Shown here: one piece after another, positions 39,101-48,019 of the stretch
How the letters are laid out: the number at the start of each line of letters is the position of its first letter
Position numbering within the stretch: the first letter of the stretch is position 1
DNA from: Candidatus Woesearchaeota archaeon
GTDB taxonomy: Archaea; Nanobdellota; Nanobdellia; Woesearchaeales; WJKB01
Direction of reading: 5' to 3'
Assembly: GCA_014729345.1 (NCBI GenBank)
Contig: WJKB01000056.1
Location: 71 to 64,070 of the forward strand
Length of the DNA stretch: 64,000 bases
Translations under genes and position numbers: made by a program
Notes under the pieces: generated by a model
Database searches by the model: none
The model's input: the letters and a program-made list of their open reading frames with translations, nothing else
Told to the model about the DNA's origin: nothing

Positions 39101-42100
39101 CACTTTGTCGATATTCATGGCCTGCAGTCTTTCAGACGCTATCTGTTCTTCTGTCTTCTGCTTCATCTGCTGTCCGTACAGCTGGGCTTTTGCGTCTTTA
39201 GCATAATTTTCCTGGTGCCTCTGCTCAATTGCTTCGAAATCAGTCACACCTTCTCTTGCAGCCAGGTGCCTTGCAGTAGCTTCCACCTCAGTCCTGACTG
39301 TCTGCGCTATGGATTCCAGCCTTATCTGTTCACTGACCGATGTCTTTACTTTCTCCTCGAACATGTCCTGCCTTACCCGCTCATCCACTATCCGGGCAGT
39401 CTCTGCCTGATCATATCCGTTTGCCTGTGCAGCCTGCCTTATCTGCTCAACCTTGTCATAAAGCGTCTGTTCCACCCTCTGCTTGTATCTCTCTTCAGCC
39501 TGCTCCATGTAAGAGCCCTCTGCATCTGTAAGCCCCAGATTATGCAGGGCTTCCACAGCCTCGATCTGCTGTGCAGCGACAGTATTGCCTTCCTCAGCAG
39601 TCTGGGCTATGTCTGTAGCTATCTGCTCAGAGGACCTGAAGGACAGCTCGTCAGCCAGGGCCTGATCCTCTGCTGTGAGCTCTTCGCCTGCTGAAACCTT
39701 TTCGTCGATATCTGCCTGTCTTGCATCGATAGATTCTCTGACAGCGTCTTCTATGGTCTTTACCTGCTGCATATTGCCTTCAGAGTCTACCATGGTCTCG
39801 ACAGCTACACCTTCAGCAGCTGCGACCACAGTGTTTCCTTCTTGTCTGTACACTACTTTTTGGGCTGTGGCCTCGACCATCTCAACTCCTGCTATCTCGG
39901 ATATGAAACTTGCAAAGTCCTGCACATCTCTTCTGTTGTGCAGGGTCAATCTCTTGTAGTTGGTGTTGCCTGCCTCGTCCACAAGTGTCTGCTCGCGCTG
40001 GAAGTTGGGTGCATCCACCCCTGCTGCTGTCAAAACCTGGCCGTCGATCTCCATGCTTTGGCCTTCACTGATGCTTCTTTGGTTGGTGTTGATGAACACG
40101 ATATTTGAGGGGCCTCCTGTGTTCACTGTCTCAGCCCTGACTATGCTGTTGTCTGAACTTACCGAAGTCCTGTATCCCCTGCTTTGCAGTGACGCCTGTA
40201 TATCATCTGTCCTTATACCTTTCACCATGATCTCCTGAGAGATGACGTTGTCAGCGCTGTCAAATGTTATCACTCCGCCTCTTGACACTTCTGCTGCAGG
40301 ATTGGCGGTCCTTATCGCGTTTTCAGCTGCCTGTGTCACAGTGGTGTCCATCTTGGCTTTTGTCACATCAGAAGCATCGACTCTTGTGCTTATCCTAGAT
40401 ACGCTTGAAGCAGAGGTGTCGCCTCTTGCAAGGCCTGCTGCTATCTGTGCGCCGGTCTTTCTTATGGTGACATCCTGCTGGCTGACGTCTACTCCCTTCT
40501 CATGCAATACCACTGCTCCTGTATTGTCCCCTATCTCACTCTGGAAAGTGATGATACCGTCAGTGTCTGTGTTGAGTGTCCGAGCATTGAAGCCGGCTGT
40601 CTGCGACAGTCCTGTCTGCAGTGTCTGCATTGCCTCAGCATCCTGCATAACACCGTCAGCCACCTCAAGCTCCATGATCTTCTGTCCTCCTTCAAGTATG
40701 GCGGTGTGGGCTATGGTCTCTACAGCTATCTCGCCGACGTCAAATTTTGCATCAACATTGAGCCCGATGTTTGATAGTCCTGCTTCGCTTATGTCTGGAG
40801 TCAGGAGTACTGTATCTCCAAGGCTGCTCTGGTAAGAGAAAGCAGCGATCTCTCCTGCAGCATCCCTTATCTCCTGCCTGTTTGTCAGCTCAAGTGCTCT
40901 TTCGATGTTTTCAAGGTTGGAGGGATCCTGTCTGGCTGCTTCAAACTGGTTTTGGGAGAGCTGGCCTGTAGTTGTCACTCCTGAGGCTGTGACAAAAGTC
41001 CTGACATTGCTTCTTCCCAGGGAATTAAGGTAAGAGTTATACATCTCGCCGTGTCCTGCAATCTGCTCAAATGTGTCTGGCAGGGCTGAGAACTGTCTGG
41101 CAAGCGCCTCTCCTCCTAGCTTCTCTCCGAACTTGCCCAGGGCAGAGCCCAGCTTGTCTGCATAGAAATACTCTTCAAGGGCGATCTCGCCGACCCAATG
41201 CTCAACATTATTCCCGACAAATTTCACGACAGAATTCATTACCTTGCCTGACGGTCTGGTGCCGCCCAAAAGGCTTTTGGTGAAAGAGGAAGCATAGTTA
41301 CCCACCTTGTTGGATACAGAATACATGCCTTTTGCAGTTTTCTGTATCCCTGAGCCTACCTTTCCCACCCCTCTCACCACTGTCCCCAGGGCTTTATAGG
41401 CTCTGCCTGCATCGTCTGCATATGAGGTGGCTTTGGCTGCCGCAGAATACGCTGTTTTGATCTTTCCCATGACAGCTCCGCTCAAATGTGATATGGCCTT
41501 TGACTGGAGTTTCATCATTGCAAAAGACTGGCCGGTTGTCATCTTGTCCCCAAACCCATCCTCATACCTGTCCAGATCTTCCATCTCAAGCTTGATAGGT
41601 ACAGCGCCGTCCTCTGTCTGGAAAGTGTAGGAAGTCTCAAGCTCTATCTCATCCGAGTCCAAATCGATCCCTGAATACTCAGCTATGTCTCTGGCATGCG
41701 TCCTGGTATTCTGGACAGCGTTCTCATAAAGTTTGATCGTCGATTCAGCCCCTAGGCCAAGCCTTTCAAGTCCGTTCTCATGATAAACTCCTTCAGCATC
41801 TGTACCTCCGTATGCTATGTTCAGAGCTTTTTCTATAGCATTCTCTCCATCAGTGGTTCTGCCTTTGAGGATCTCTTCTGTAGTCACTATATTCTCCATA
41901 TCGCCGTTATATGTTGCGATCGAGAGTTCTGCCGCTTGCCTGATGCCTTCAGCTCCCTGCAAAGCATCATCATATTCTGCAAGCGAGTCCTCGATATGGT
42001 TTCCTGTGCCAAGATTGATCCCAAGAATGTCGCCCCATTCATCCCAAACTTCCCAGGCAGGTATAGCTTTTGTCACTCCCAGGCTGGTCACATCCTCCCA

Positions 42101-45100
42101 TCCATAGTCCACAAAACTTTTTATCTTGTCAAGCCCTTCATCATGGAATATCTCCTTGAGGACTGCTCCCATCACTATTTTTTTTGACTGCACATAGTTT
42201 ACGTATGCTTGGCTTCCCTCAACTGTACTGGGAGTGCTGTATACCCGCAGTGTCTCTCTTGCCTGTTCAGAAAATTCCTGGTCAGTATCCTGCGCTTCAT
42301 ACTCTGTCTCCTGGTGCTCGACATCCTTGTTCATCCATTCCTGGGCGATCTGCCGGCCTTCACTGGTCCAGTACCCTCCTTTAAGAAAATAGTCCAGGAG
42401 CATCCTGTTCTTCTCAGAAGATGTCTTGTCAGCCTTTAACTGGAATGCGTTTCTTTCATCCTTGATAGCAAGCGTCTCATCTATCATGGCCTCGACTCTT
42501 CCGCTATCCTCGAGATAATTATCATATGTATCACCCCAAAGCTCAGTGTCTGACCTTTGGATGCCAAATTTCTCAGTTAGCGCGCTGATGGTCTTGAGAT
42601 GACCGTTCATGTCCACTTTCAGGTCAATCATGTCCTTCTCAACTGCTGCAAGGTCGTATTCTTCTTCCACTATAGGATCTCCTGTAATAGTTGACCTTGC
42701 TGCGTTCCAGGCTCCGGTAACTGCATCCTGCACATTCTCTCCAAATCCTGTGGCTGCGCCTGACCATGCATCAACATATGATGAGAAAGCATACCAGGGA
42801 GCAGAAGGGTCCCTTGCCTGGATCTTCCTGTCAAGATAGTTCTGCGCCTGGACATCGCCTATCCTTGCCTTAAGGTCAGCAGCCAGGCCAGAGATACCCT
42901 GGATGGTCTGCGTGCTCAGGTCTCCCTGCTGAGCATCTATGATCTCTCTTGAGGCAAGCTCTTTTGAGTAGGCATCTGCCATTATCTTAAGGTCATTGAC
43001 CTGCTCCTTCAGCGCCTCATTGGCCCTGCCTGAGATCTCAACCACTTCAGCAGCGTCCTCTAGAAGGCCCATCACCCGCTTCCCTCGAGCAAGGAGTTCT
43101 TGATCATCTATGCTGCTGAAAGTCTGGATATACTTTTCCTCTTTCACCTGGTCCTCAAAGCCCTGCAGGGTATTTTTAAGAGACTGGATATAAGCTACAT
43201 CAAGACCCTCTTCCCTTGCCTGTCTTATCTGGATCTCAAGGTCTGACATGACCTGCTCCCTGTCAGCTTCTCCCAAAGCAGCAGCCCTTGCATCAATACC
43301 AGCCATCAGATTCGTAAGCGTACTGATATCCTGCCTTGCAGCTTGCCTGGCTGCATTGTCCCTGACTTCAAGACTGGCCTTGTCACCCACGTAACTTACA
43401 TACTCCACTGTCTCAAAGTATTCATTTTCCTCAAGCTTGTCACTATAGGCTCTTATCTTGAATTCGAGCATTGTTTTTGCCCTTTGCTGGGCCTCAAGAG
43501 GCAGCTGCCTGATAGATTCTTCCAGCTGCTCCATCTCCTCATGCGTAAGGTCCTCCTCCTTTCTTGCAAGCTGGGATATCCTCTGCAGGGTTTGGGGCAC
43601 CTGTTCGATCTGGTCTTCAAGCTCGCTTTTTTCTTTGTCAACAAGAGTCTTTATGCTCTCATCCTCTGTTTTGACCCTGTCCAGCACATTGATTGCATCC
43701 TCCAAGCGTCCCAGGTTTGTATAAGCGGTCGTCAGGGCGTTCTGGACAGCAAAATTGTCCTCCTTGCCTTGAGCATATTCCTCAAGCGATTCAGTGTTTC
43801 CGGTCCTTAGCAGCAGGTTTGCATAATATGACTGCACACCATCGATATCACTGGAATCCTCATCTTTCGCAAGCTGCTCAAGCTTACCGTAGTCTTCAGC
43901 CTCAAGATAGGCTCTTGCCAGATTGGTAGCCAGCTTCTCGTACTCCTCGCTTGAAGAGTCAGCTTCCCGCAGTTCTGTCTCAAACCTCTCAATCATCTCA
44001 GAATAGGTTCCTTCACCCCTTGCTTGCTGGAAATCTGCTTCTGTCTCAACATTTGCGATCAGAGCCTGCGCATAATCTCTTTGCTGAACAGTCGTCGCCA
44101 GCTCTTTAGCCTTTGAAAAAAACCCTTCAGCTTTCTCGTAATCTGTATCCTCCCTGCTGAGCTCTGCAAGGCCCACCATGATATTCTGCTGTGCGTCCAG
44201 GAAACCGACCATCTCTTCAGAAACCTCTCCATATACTCCCTGCCTGGCTGCCTCAAGTGTGCTGGAAAGGATTCTTGAGGCCTCCTCATAATCTTCTGCC
44301 TGCTGCTGGATGTTCGCAAGCTCTGAATTGGCCTGTGCCCTTATATCACCTGGAGCTGCCTCTTCATCTGCTAATGCGGCAAGCTGCTCCTTTCTACTTT
44401 CAACATCCTCTTCCTGCTTGATGGCGCTGAGCTTAGCGCTGTAAAACTCAAGATTGATCCTGTCAGCCTCTTCTGACCTGCCCTCCTCGTTAAGTTGATC
44501 TATGGCAGCCTGGTAGGCATCAAACATTTCCTGTTTCTGCTCATCATCAAGGGAATCCTGGGCCTGCAATATCCTTGCCAGGTTCACTTTAGAGTCAGCG
44601 CTGCCGACAGCATCCACATAATCTTTTGCTGTCTGCAGGGCTTCTGTTTCTGCTCCCTGCTGCATATGCGCGCTTGTAAGTATCTTCCAGGCATCCTCCC
44701 TCTTTGCATCCAGTCCTAACACATACTCAGCAGCCCTTTCTGCTCCTGCTGCATCCTCCATCTGCAGCCTTGCTGAGGCTTTCTGGAGCGACAGCTGTGT
44801 GGTCTTTTCAAAATAATCATTCAGGGAATCAAACCCTGCCTGCTCCAGGTCATAGCCAGCTCCTCTGACCTTTTCTGCAAGCGCCCTTTCAGCAGCTTCT
44901 GAATACACTGTGGCCAGCTCAGCATTTCCGAGCTGGGAATATATGCTGCTCACAGCTGCATAGACATCTGGATTGGTGGTGTCTATGTCAAGATAGCTCT
45001 GGTATTTCTCCAGGGCTTCAAGGATATCACCCTGACTCCGCAACTCCTCCGCATCCTTAAGCAGTTGTGCATTTTCAAAGATCTCCACCAGCTGCTCCTT

Positions 45101-48019
45101 GAGTCCGCTGCTTACCTGGCCTGCAAGGCCGTACCTATATTGACTCAGGAGAATGTCCAAAAGATCCTCATCAAGCCTCTGGCCCTCTGCAGCCTGTATC
45201 AGAAGGTTTCCGAGCAGGTCGATATTGTCCTTACTGACACCCATATCCTTTATCTGCTGTACAGCTTGGTCGTAATCTCCCTGAGCTGCATAGAACTGCG
45301 CCTTTGCCCCGGCTATCTGTCCCTTTTCAAGTTGGTCTCCATATTCCTGCTCCATCTGGTCAAGTTTCTGTATAGCCTGGTCATACTCCCCTTCCGAGGC
45401 ATAGCTGTTAGCGATCTGAAAGTCAAGATATATGCTGAAAGCGGGCATTTCCTCTTTTAGGGCTTCATACTGCTCTCTTGCACCTTCATAGTTACCCTGA
45501 AGCTCGAGTTCAGCTGCTTTGAACATGCTTTCGATAAGCTGTTGCTTTACACCTGCATCAGAGAGGTAGTTCCTGTAATCTTCAAGCGTCCTTATCTCCC
45601 CAAGCTCAAGCTCTTTCCCTGTCATCTTTTCAAGGACTTCCTCAAAGCCTTCCAGCCTTTCGCTCACCTTTGCAAAGACCGCAGCATCCTGCGCTATATC
45701 AAGCATCTTTTCTCCGCCAAGCCAGCCTTCCTTGACATTTCCAAAGGTTCCTTCTTTTGCGAAAACCGCTGCCATGTATCCGAGAGAGCCTTCATTCAGC
45801 TGGAAATAGTTCAGCTTGTTGTCCCTTGATACAGGGGTGAGCCTGATCTCTCCTGCTGCCAGCCCTACCCCTTTTCGAAGCGTAGAGCCTTCAGCAGACA
45901 GGAAGATGATATCTTCCTGCTGGGTGAACCTGAAATTGACGTCAAGGCCGTCTTCTGTCTTCATGCTTAACAGGGCAAGCTCTCTCTGAGCCTCGTCTGG
46001 TCCAGGACCTTCTGCAGTGCTGTAGACTATGAACTCATCAGTAGCCATCGCTGTTCCTGTTGTGTCCTGTATATAGTTGATGTAATCATAGATACCTTCT
46101 GCATGCCTTCCCTTGATCACTGCCTCTTCATTGGAATACGTGAACTGTCCTTTTCCTATCATGTATCCTATGTCAAATTCCTGATCTTCAAACTTCCTTT
46201 CTGAGATTGAACTCCATGCCAGGTTTTCTGAAGCATCATCAAGCGATAGATCGTCTGTATCCCCAAAAGCGTCTGTCACTCTGGCCTGTGCATCTCCTAT
46301 AAGGTCATCCACACTCTGGTCCAGGAACTCCATGGCTTTTTGGATGCTAATATCTTTCTCAATCACTTCCTCATCTTCCAGAAGCTGGATAGTTATGGTC
46401 TCACCTACCCTGGCATTCTTGTCTCCCTCTGCATCTATAAGCTTCTGCTGCAGGCCCTTCAGCTGGGTCAGGTAAGCGTTAAGGTCATGCGCCTCTGCTT
46501 TCAGTGTCTCCTGCACAAAAAGCACCATGCCTCCGCTTCCTTCTGTTCCGAGGAACTTCTCTGTTGACAGCACTGTACCGTCAGGCTGATACCTTGTGAT
46601 CTCAGCATTTCCTTCCTCACTTAGCCAGATCATGTCTGTCTGGACATCGCCTGTGATAGGGCTCCTCTCGAATGTTATGCCCTTGAATGAATCCGCCTTG
46701 ATACTGTTTCCGGTTCCCATCTCTGTGTATTCAAGGTGCGCTTGGTCTCCAAGTATCCTGCTTATGCTTCCGTCATCATCGAACTCAAACTGGATGCTGC
46801 CTTGTGCCTGGCCTCCTGTTATCTTTATCCCGAGAGTGTTTTCCCAGCCTGGCCTGGACCTGATCGAGGCATAGTTCTCGACCTTGAAACCTACCTGGTT
46901 GCCCTGCTCATCCCTGACAAAAGAGACTGTTGTGGTGTCGTCATGCGCAGTCACCTCTATGCCGTTGTTGAAGAACACAGCCCCTGATGATGTCAAGGCT
47001 ATGATATTCCCCTGCTCATCCCTGGCAAACTCTATCTGGCCTTGCGCCAGCTGCAGACTCTCGCCCCCAGGTCCGTTGATGTTGAAGTTTGCCTGGTCGC
47101 CCACCAGCTCGATGGTGATCGTCTCTATCTCACCGTTGATTATAAGGTTCTCCAGGTCTTCTTCCCTGAGCACCACAAAGCCGTTCTCAGCGTCAGGAAA
47201 CTCTTCAGAAGGGCCTACTGCCCCTATAAAGATGATGTCCTCCACCCCTTCGCCTTTGAGAGACAGGCTCCCGCCCTCCGGGTTGGTAAGTTCTCCTGTA
47301 TTCGTGTCAAGACTGACTCCAGGAGCAGCTGTTATGGTAAGTCCTTGGTTGTATGAAACTTTAGGTTTCTGGGTGTCCATCCACCCTTTCAGCCCATCAT
47401 TCAGCGCAGTCGGGCTCAGTCTGCTGAGGTCAGGTATATTATCAAGATTGGCTGCGACCTGATCGCCGGTAAGCCCCTGCCACTGCTCATCTGTCAGCTG
47501 CTGCGACATTGCTGTCCCTGCGTCAGTCTCTGAACCCAGGATATATCCGACCTGCTCACTGCTCAGCCTGCCCATGGTCTTCCCGTCCATGCCTGAGATC
47601 GCGGATCCCAGCTTGTCTCCTTGAAGTTCAGAAAAGTCTATGTCCTGGAGCTGTCCCTGGTTGAGGTCGTTGAACCTGGAGCTCAGGGATGCAAGCTCTC
47701 CTTCAGACATCCCACCTATGTTATTGTTGAGCTGCGCTATCCCATCTTCTGTGACGGTGATCTGATCCCAGTTATTTGCCACGTTGCTGCCTGTCCACTC
47801 AAAATCACCGCTGTAATCTGGGTTGAAGTTTGACGAGTAGAAATCCTGCTGGCTTATGCCTCCTTCCGTGTCTGTCCAGGTTGGGTATTCCACGACCTCC
47901 TGAGCCGCAGCTTGCGGGCTTATGCCTGTTGTCATGAAGAGGAATATCACAAGGACAGCGCATACCCTGCGCAGTACATGCCATCTTTTGCTTTTTCCCT
48001 TTTCAGCAACGCTTCTCAT
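33116..48019 (-). CDS. giant secreted/surface protein (4967 aa) with N-terminal signal peptide, TPR-like region and internal HD-GYP-like domain
   Basis: Uninterrupted 14.9-kb ORF with coding-like composition throughout. All plus-strand ORFs across it are short antisense artefacts. N-terminal hydrophobic signal (CAVLVIFLFMTTGISPQAAAQ). A 4-bp ATGA overlap with the upstream gene. Confidence 0.85.
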   Translation of the reverse strand: MRSVAEKGKSKRWHVLRRVCAVLVIFLFMTTGISPQAAAQEVVEYPTWTDTEGGISQQDFYSSNFNPDYSGDFEWTGSNVANNWDQITVTEDGIAQLNNNIGGMSEGELASLSSRFNDLNQGQLQDIDFSELQGDKLGSAISGMDGKTMGRLSSEQVGYILGSETDAGTAMSQQLTDEQWQGLTGDQVAANLDNIPDLSRLSPTALNDGLKGWMDTQKPKVSYNQGLTITAAPGVSLDTNTGELTNPEGGSLSLKGEGVEDIIFIGAVGPSEEFPDAENGFVVLREEDLENLIINGEIETITIELVGDQANFNINGPGGESLQLAQGQIEFARDEQGNIIALTSSGAVFFNNGIEVTAHDDTTTVSFVRDEQGNQVGFKVENYASIRSRPGWENTLGIKITGGQAQGSIQFEFDDDGSISRILGDQAHLEYTEMGTGNSIKADSFKGITFERSPITGDVQTDMIWLSEEGNAEITRYQPDGTVLSTEKFLGTEGSGGMVLFVQETLKAEAHDLNAYLTQLKGLQQKLIDAEGDKNARVGETITIQLLEDEEVIEKDISIQKAMEFLDQSVDDLIGDAQARVTDAFGDTDDLSLDDASENLAWSSISERKFEDQEFDIGYMIGKGQFTYSNEEAVIKGRHAEGIYDYINYIQDTTGTAMATDEFIVYSTAEGPGPDEAQRELALLSMKTEDGLDVNFRFTQQEDIIFLSAEGSTLRKGVGLAAGEIRLTPVSRDNKLNYFQLNEGSLGYMAAVFAKEGTFGNVKEGWLGGEKMLDIAQDAAVFAKVSERLEGFEEVLEKMTGKELELGEIRTLEDYRNYLSDAGVKQQLIESMFKAAELELQGNYEGAREQYEALKEEMPAFSIYLDFQIANSYASEGEYDQAIQKLDQMEQEYGDQLEKGQIAGAKAQFYAAQGDYDQAVQQIKDMGVSKDNIDLLGNLLIQAAEGQRLDEDLLDILLSQYRYGLAGQVSSGLKEQLVEIFENAQLLKDAEELRSQGDILEALEKYQSYLDIDTTNPDVYAAVSSIYSQLGNAELATVYSEAAERALAEKVRGAGYDLEQAGFDSLNDYFEKTTQLSLQKASARLQMEDAAGAERAAEYVLGLDAKREDAWKILTSAHMQQGAETEALQTAKDYVDAVGSADSKVNLARILQAQDSLDDEQKQEMFDAYQAAIDQLNEEGRSEEADRINLEFYSAKLSAIKQEEDVESRKEQLAALADEEAAPGDIRAQANSELANIQQQAEDYEEASRILSSTLEAARQGVYGEVSEEMVGFLDAQQNIMVGLAELSREDTDYEKAEGFFSKAKELATTVQQRDYAQALIANVETEADFQQARGEGTYSEMIERFETELREADSSSEEYEKLATNLARAYLEAEDYGKLEQLAKDEDSSDIDGVQSYYANLLLRTGNTESLEEYAQGKEDNFAVQNALTTAYTNLGRLEDAINVLDRVKTEDESIKTLVDKEKSELEDQIEQVPQTLQRISQLARKEEDLTHEEMEQLEESIRQLPLEAQQRAKTMLEFKIRAYSDKLEENEYFETVEYVSYVGDKASLEVRDNAARQAARQDISTLTNLMAGIDARAAALGEADREQVMSDLEIQIRQAREEGLDVAYIQSLKNTLQGFEDQVKEEKYIQTFSSIDDQELLARGKRVMGLLEDAAEVVEISGRANEALKEQVNDLKIMADAYSKELASREIIDAQQGDLSTQTIQGISGLAADLKARIGDVQAQNYLDRKIQARDPSAPWYAFSSYVDAWSGAATGFGENVQDAVTGAWNAARSTITGDPIVEEEYDLAAVEKDMIDLKVDMNGHLKTISALTEKFGIQRSDTELWGDTYDNYLEDSGRVEAMIDETLAIKDERNAFQLKADKTSSEKNRMLLDYFLKGGYWTSEGRQIAQEWMNKDVEHQETEYEAQDTDQEFSEQARETLRVYSTPSTVEGSQAYVNYVQSKKIVMGAVLKEIFHDEGLDKIKSFVDYGWEDVTSLGVTKAIPAWEVWDEWGDILGINLGTGNHIEDSLAEYDDALQGAEGIRQAAELSIATYNGDMENIVTTEEILKGRTTDGENAIEKALNIAYGGTDAEGVYHENGLERLGLGAESTIKLYENAVQNTRTHARDIAEYSGIDLDSDEIELETSYTFQTEDGAVPIKLEMEDLDRYEDGFGDKMTTGQSFAMMKLQSKAISHLSGAVMGKIKTAYSAAAKATSYADDAGRAYKALGTVVRGVGKVGSGIQKTAKGMYSVSNKVGNYASSFTKSLLGGTRPSGKVMNSVVKFVGNNVEHWVGEIALEEYFYADKLGSALGKFGEKLGGEALARQFSALPDTFEQIAGHGEMYNSYLNSLGRSNVRTFVTASGVTTTGQLSQNQFEAARQDPSNLENIERALELTNRQEIRDAAGEIAAFSYQSSLGDTVLLTPDISEAGLSNIGLNVDAKFDVGEIAVETIAHTAILEGGQKIMELEVADGVMQDAEAMQTLQTGLSQTAGFNARTLNTDTDGIITFQSEIGDNTGAVVLHEKGVDVSQQDVTIRKTGAQIAAGLARGDTSASSVSRISTRVDASDVTKAKMDTTVTQAAENAIRTANPAAEVSRGGVITFDSADNVISQEIMVKGIRTDDIQASLQSRGYRTSVSSDNSIVRAETVNTGGPSNIVFINTNQRSISEGQSMEIDGQVLTAAGVDAPNFQREQTLVDEAGNTNYKRLTLHNRRDVQDFASFISEIAGVEMVEATAQKVVYRQEGNTVVAAAEGVAVETMVDSEGNMQQVKTIEDAVRESIDARQADIDEKVSAGEELTAEDQALADELSFRSSEQIATDIAQTAEEGNTVAAQQIEAVEALHNLGLTDAEGSYMEQAEERYKQRVEQTLYDKVEQIRQAAQANGYDQAETARIVDERVRQDMFEEKVKTSVSEQIRLESIAQTVRTEVEATARHLAAREGVTDFEAIEQRHQENYAKDAKAQLYGQQMKQKTEEQIASERLQAMNIDKVVYTAGQEYGVDPDVTAAAYAEAISSGEIRAEFMRLMEIEQQGRTDETIAMESIYLQAVQNLMDQQLLQAARDTATPEQMVRSLQSRNDDVSRASAAQLLETASQSSQDAYDAAAALAAGYEAYGGDINALRNIESTALELARSNPNEVIGAFVSAIESEQYGEAAKFLMARQIAAVPSVNRVMAYSDRLKNIYYSQGGPTADMLATPLSNLAEMGLIDFEITAPASPLEIQTPTGTYILAGLSTESDIFVDPSPQTVDAVRDAFPELQGQPDIMVRSFIFMHERHEQLLLRTQDLTDMAVDAAQMTADETMEDAREELANEFAMAALGLRGPSARMRALETNIENRLSEAGDEIGMLDKQEAAEGLTVEEEAYREELLSEQESLESLFAGYSNVNTGEVRYLEQDQEGVWTVTDAWIINAEALFESAGMGVFQVNLAADQQMQEIRALAQESRPLQVQIIGEVEIPIERLEREAFGAPSTVDGITYDEEYESQRIAWGVQLTGELRDMLPEDSLTQNQIAALEALATHNPSPTMVHTLMSMRNLEAAAAVAGQLGLSDDDMDLLRRAMAVHDLGKLEWPAQNLETIFSSDAKAAAVDELRARGLTEEQIEQSGITGVGMTENFFQDYMTVHPTNTERALLYLMARDNPDMPADLIAEIDALYVDEQGNTVQMYDAQGRLDTGVHEDVQARIDAIYAQIASRTDISAEVRDQATVAALAASHHVHMGVEPGQEYRGYPRTPGELPALLEGKEDLIQVMSAVDTITAISGGERYYYTDESSVENAILRLAQNRNNERSEEFLKRLLGEQYYDDVRRASEVNDEAARAYISAHESGFGQALDAQREIIELQYGPVITNNLVQRKRLTDQQPDSALKELSLERIDIILEERFSTLLDTIMDPGMDRDMKTAAARQYLQLLRADSDVADQFAALLYRQENIGIDVRELLGEGIIVEELALEKQVRGEIGLRFQDMPGIRDALTVDMVRENTAEEIYLAVQEQVPEGMEQQVRTDIIGLKASAVQAVESPFGEIIALSTEAEVIAGMSAQEAESYFNSLVGLGKNHRAALLYERLQGIPEAADLVDNAEIMGMVGLNPAQRFVERGLTHEKNRIIDEALPQYAATTRSALEETRFAGREFQDTFNEIYLLMQQDVENGVAAEIQRLAEQQAQQRGITRPTMPQEGSIAYERRLAAYEQALQEYESAIQDLAEEIRQEQGEQLAVETELSLGSSAAKAAMDIMQNIQSRSQQLESISSPSVTVLNAPGIEADAAAAIAGRAAEITGVADLQVFVQGDDVYIINSYQSDVRQDSFVRAVKNGLQDMVDVPVTAVTDIDSRLAPPADGAETVRQAQRAAYALEIQAETERGLIAQLSEVEEMVEAEEPAVEEEPAAEPVVPEVSMETRIRENLNNILDAQALDEQQRERIMEQSEISKRDIYNKRNPGLAAVTRFRQAEAGRLTEDQFRVHLWKIAGTEERYDAAMAIVEDMRQGNIPGQTEAERNDEFREQMAEALPISRVARADHQYKEFAVVAGLYTASEKLGSREKLEQVRSLVRQRQQGQITEEEYQDGIAEIKSEGEDRNPDEVGMPVPIAGDVWDRNFNDLSKDEIEVLFGLEYTGNDIPVFAQGGREFHVKQPTTIVVNKQTGEVDEIFFEHLTESAIEYDPSTHKVQYGYRIGLKGIGTPNFQGYYYDGQTRVSAPEYTFKTGIGFEHEYQEISTTSIGMTDYRYDIEAQQNEEDLVAKGHPALARSFAFTRLDQAGNGVTFRIFLVDSSERSDVVDYAASLEDISSIREQFGPAYQTITAFSNAGALIGSHIQAGLAYRPEYRIGKDVDPLMRETDPGEPYRVQSQGAERDREMTQNVVARLYNHMNKVYMAYNNNQHLLTEKGLESPEFQSMLLALFDGNQEYVDKVIQELRASERMVRIPGVQPAMMDISQTRAYYDSFEEVDFVHASFVLRDFASQIIYNNYKLFEQQQQVIPEYEALMPESTGRVEACT

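Noticed and set aside
33247-47833. Dozens of plus-strand ORFs of 60-280 aa across the 33-48 kb region
   Set aside because: All lie antisense to the continuous 4967-aa minus-strand ORF and are low-complexity (Ser/Leu/Cys-rich). They are typical shadow ORFs of a high-GC-skew coding strand.
33116-48019. Direct assignment of the giant protein to the SPEARE family
   Set aside because: The size and organism type are suggestive. No serine-protease triad region, laminin-G or restriction-endonuclease motif could be identified by eye, so it is left as an analogy only.
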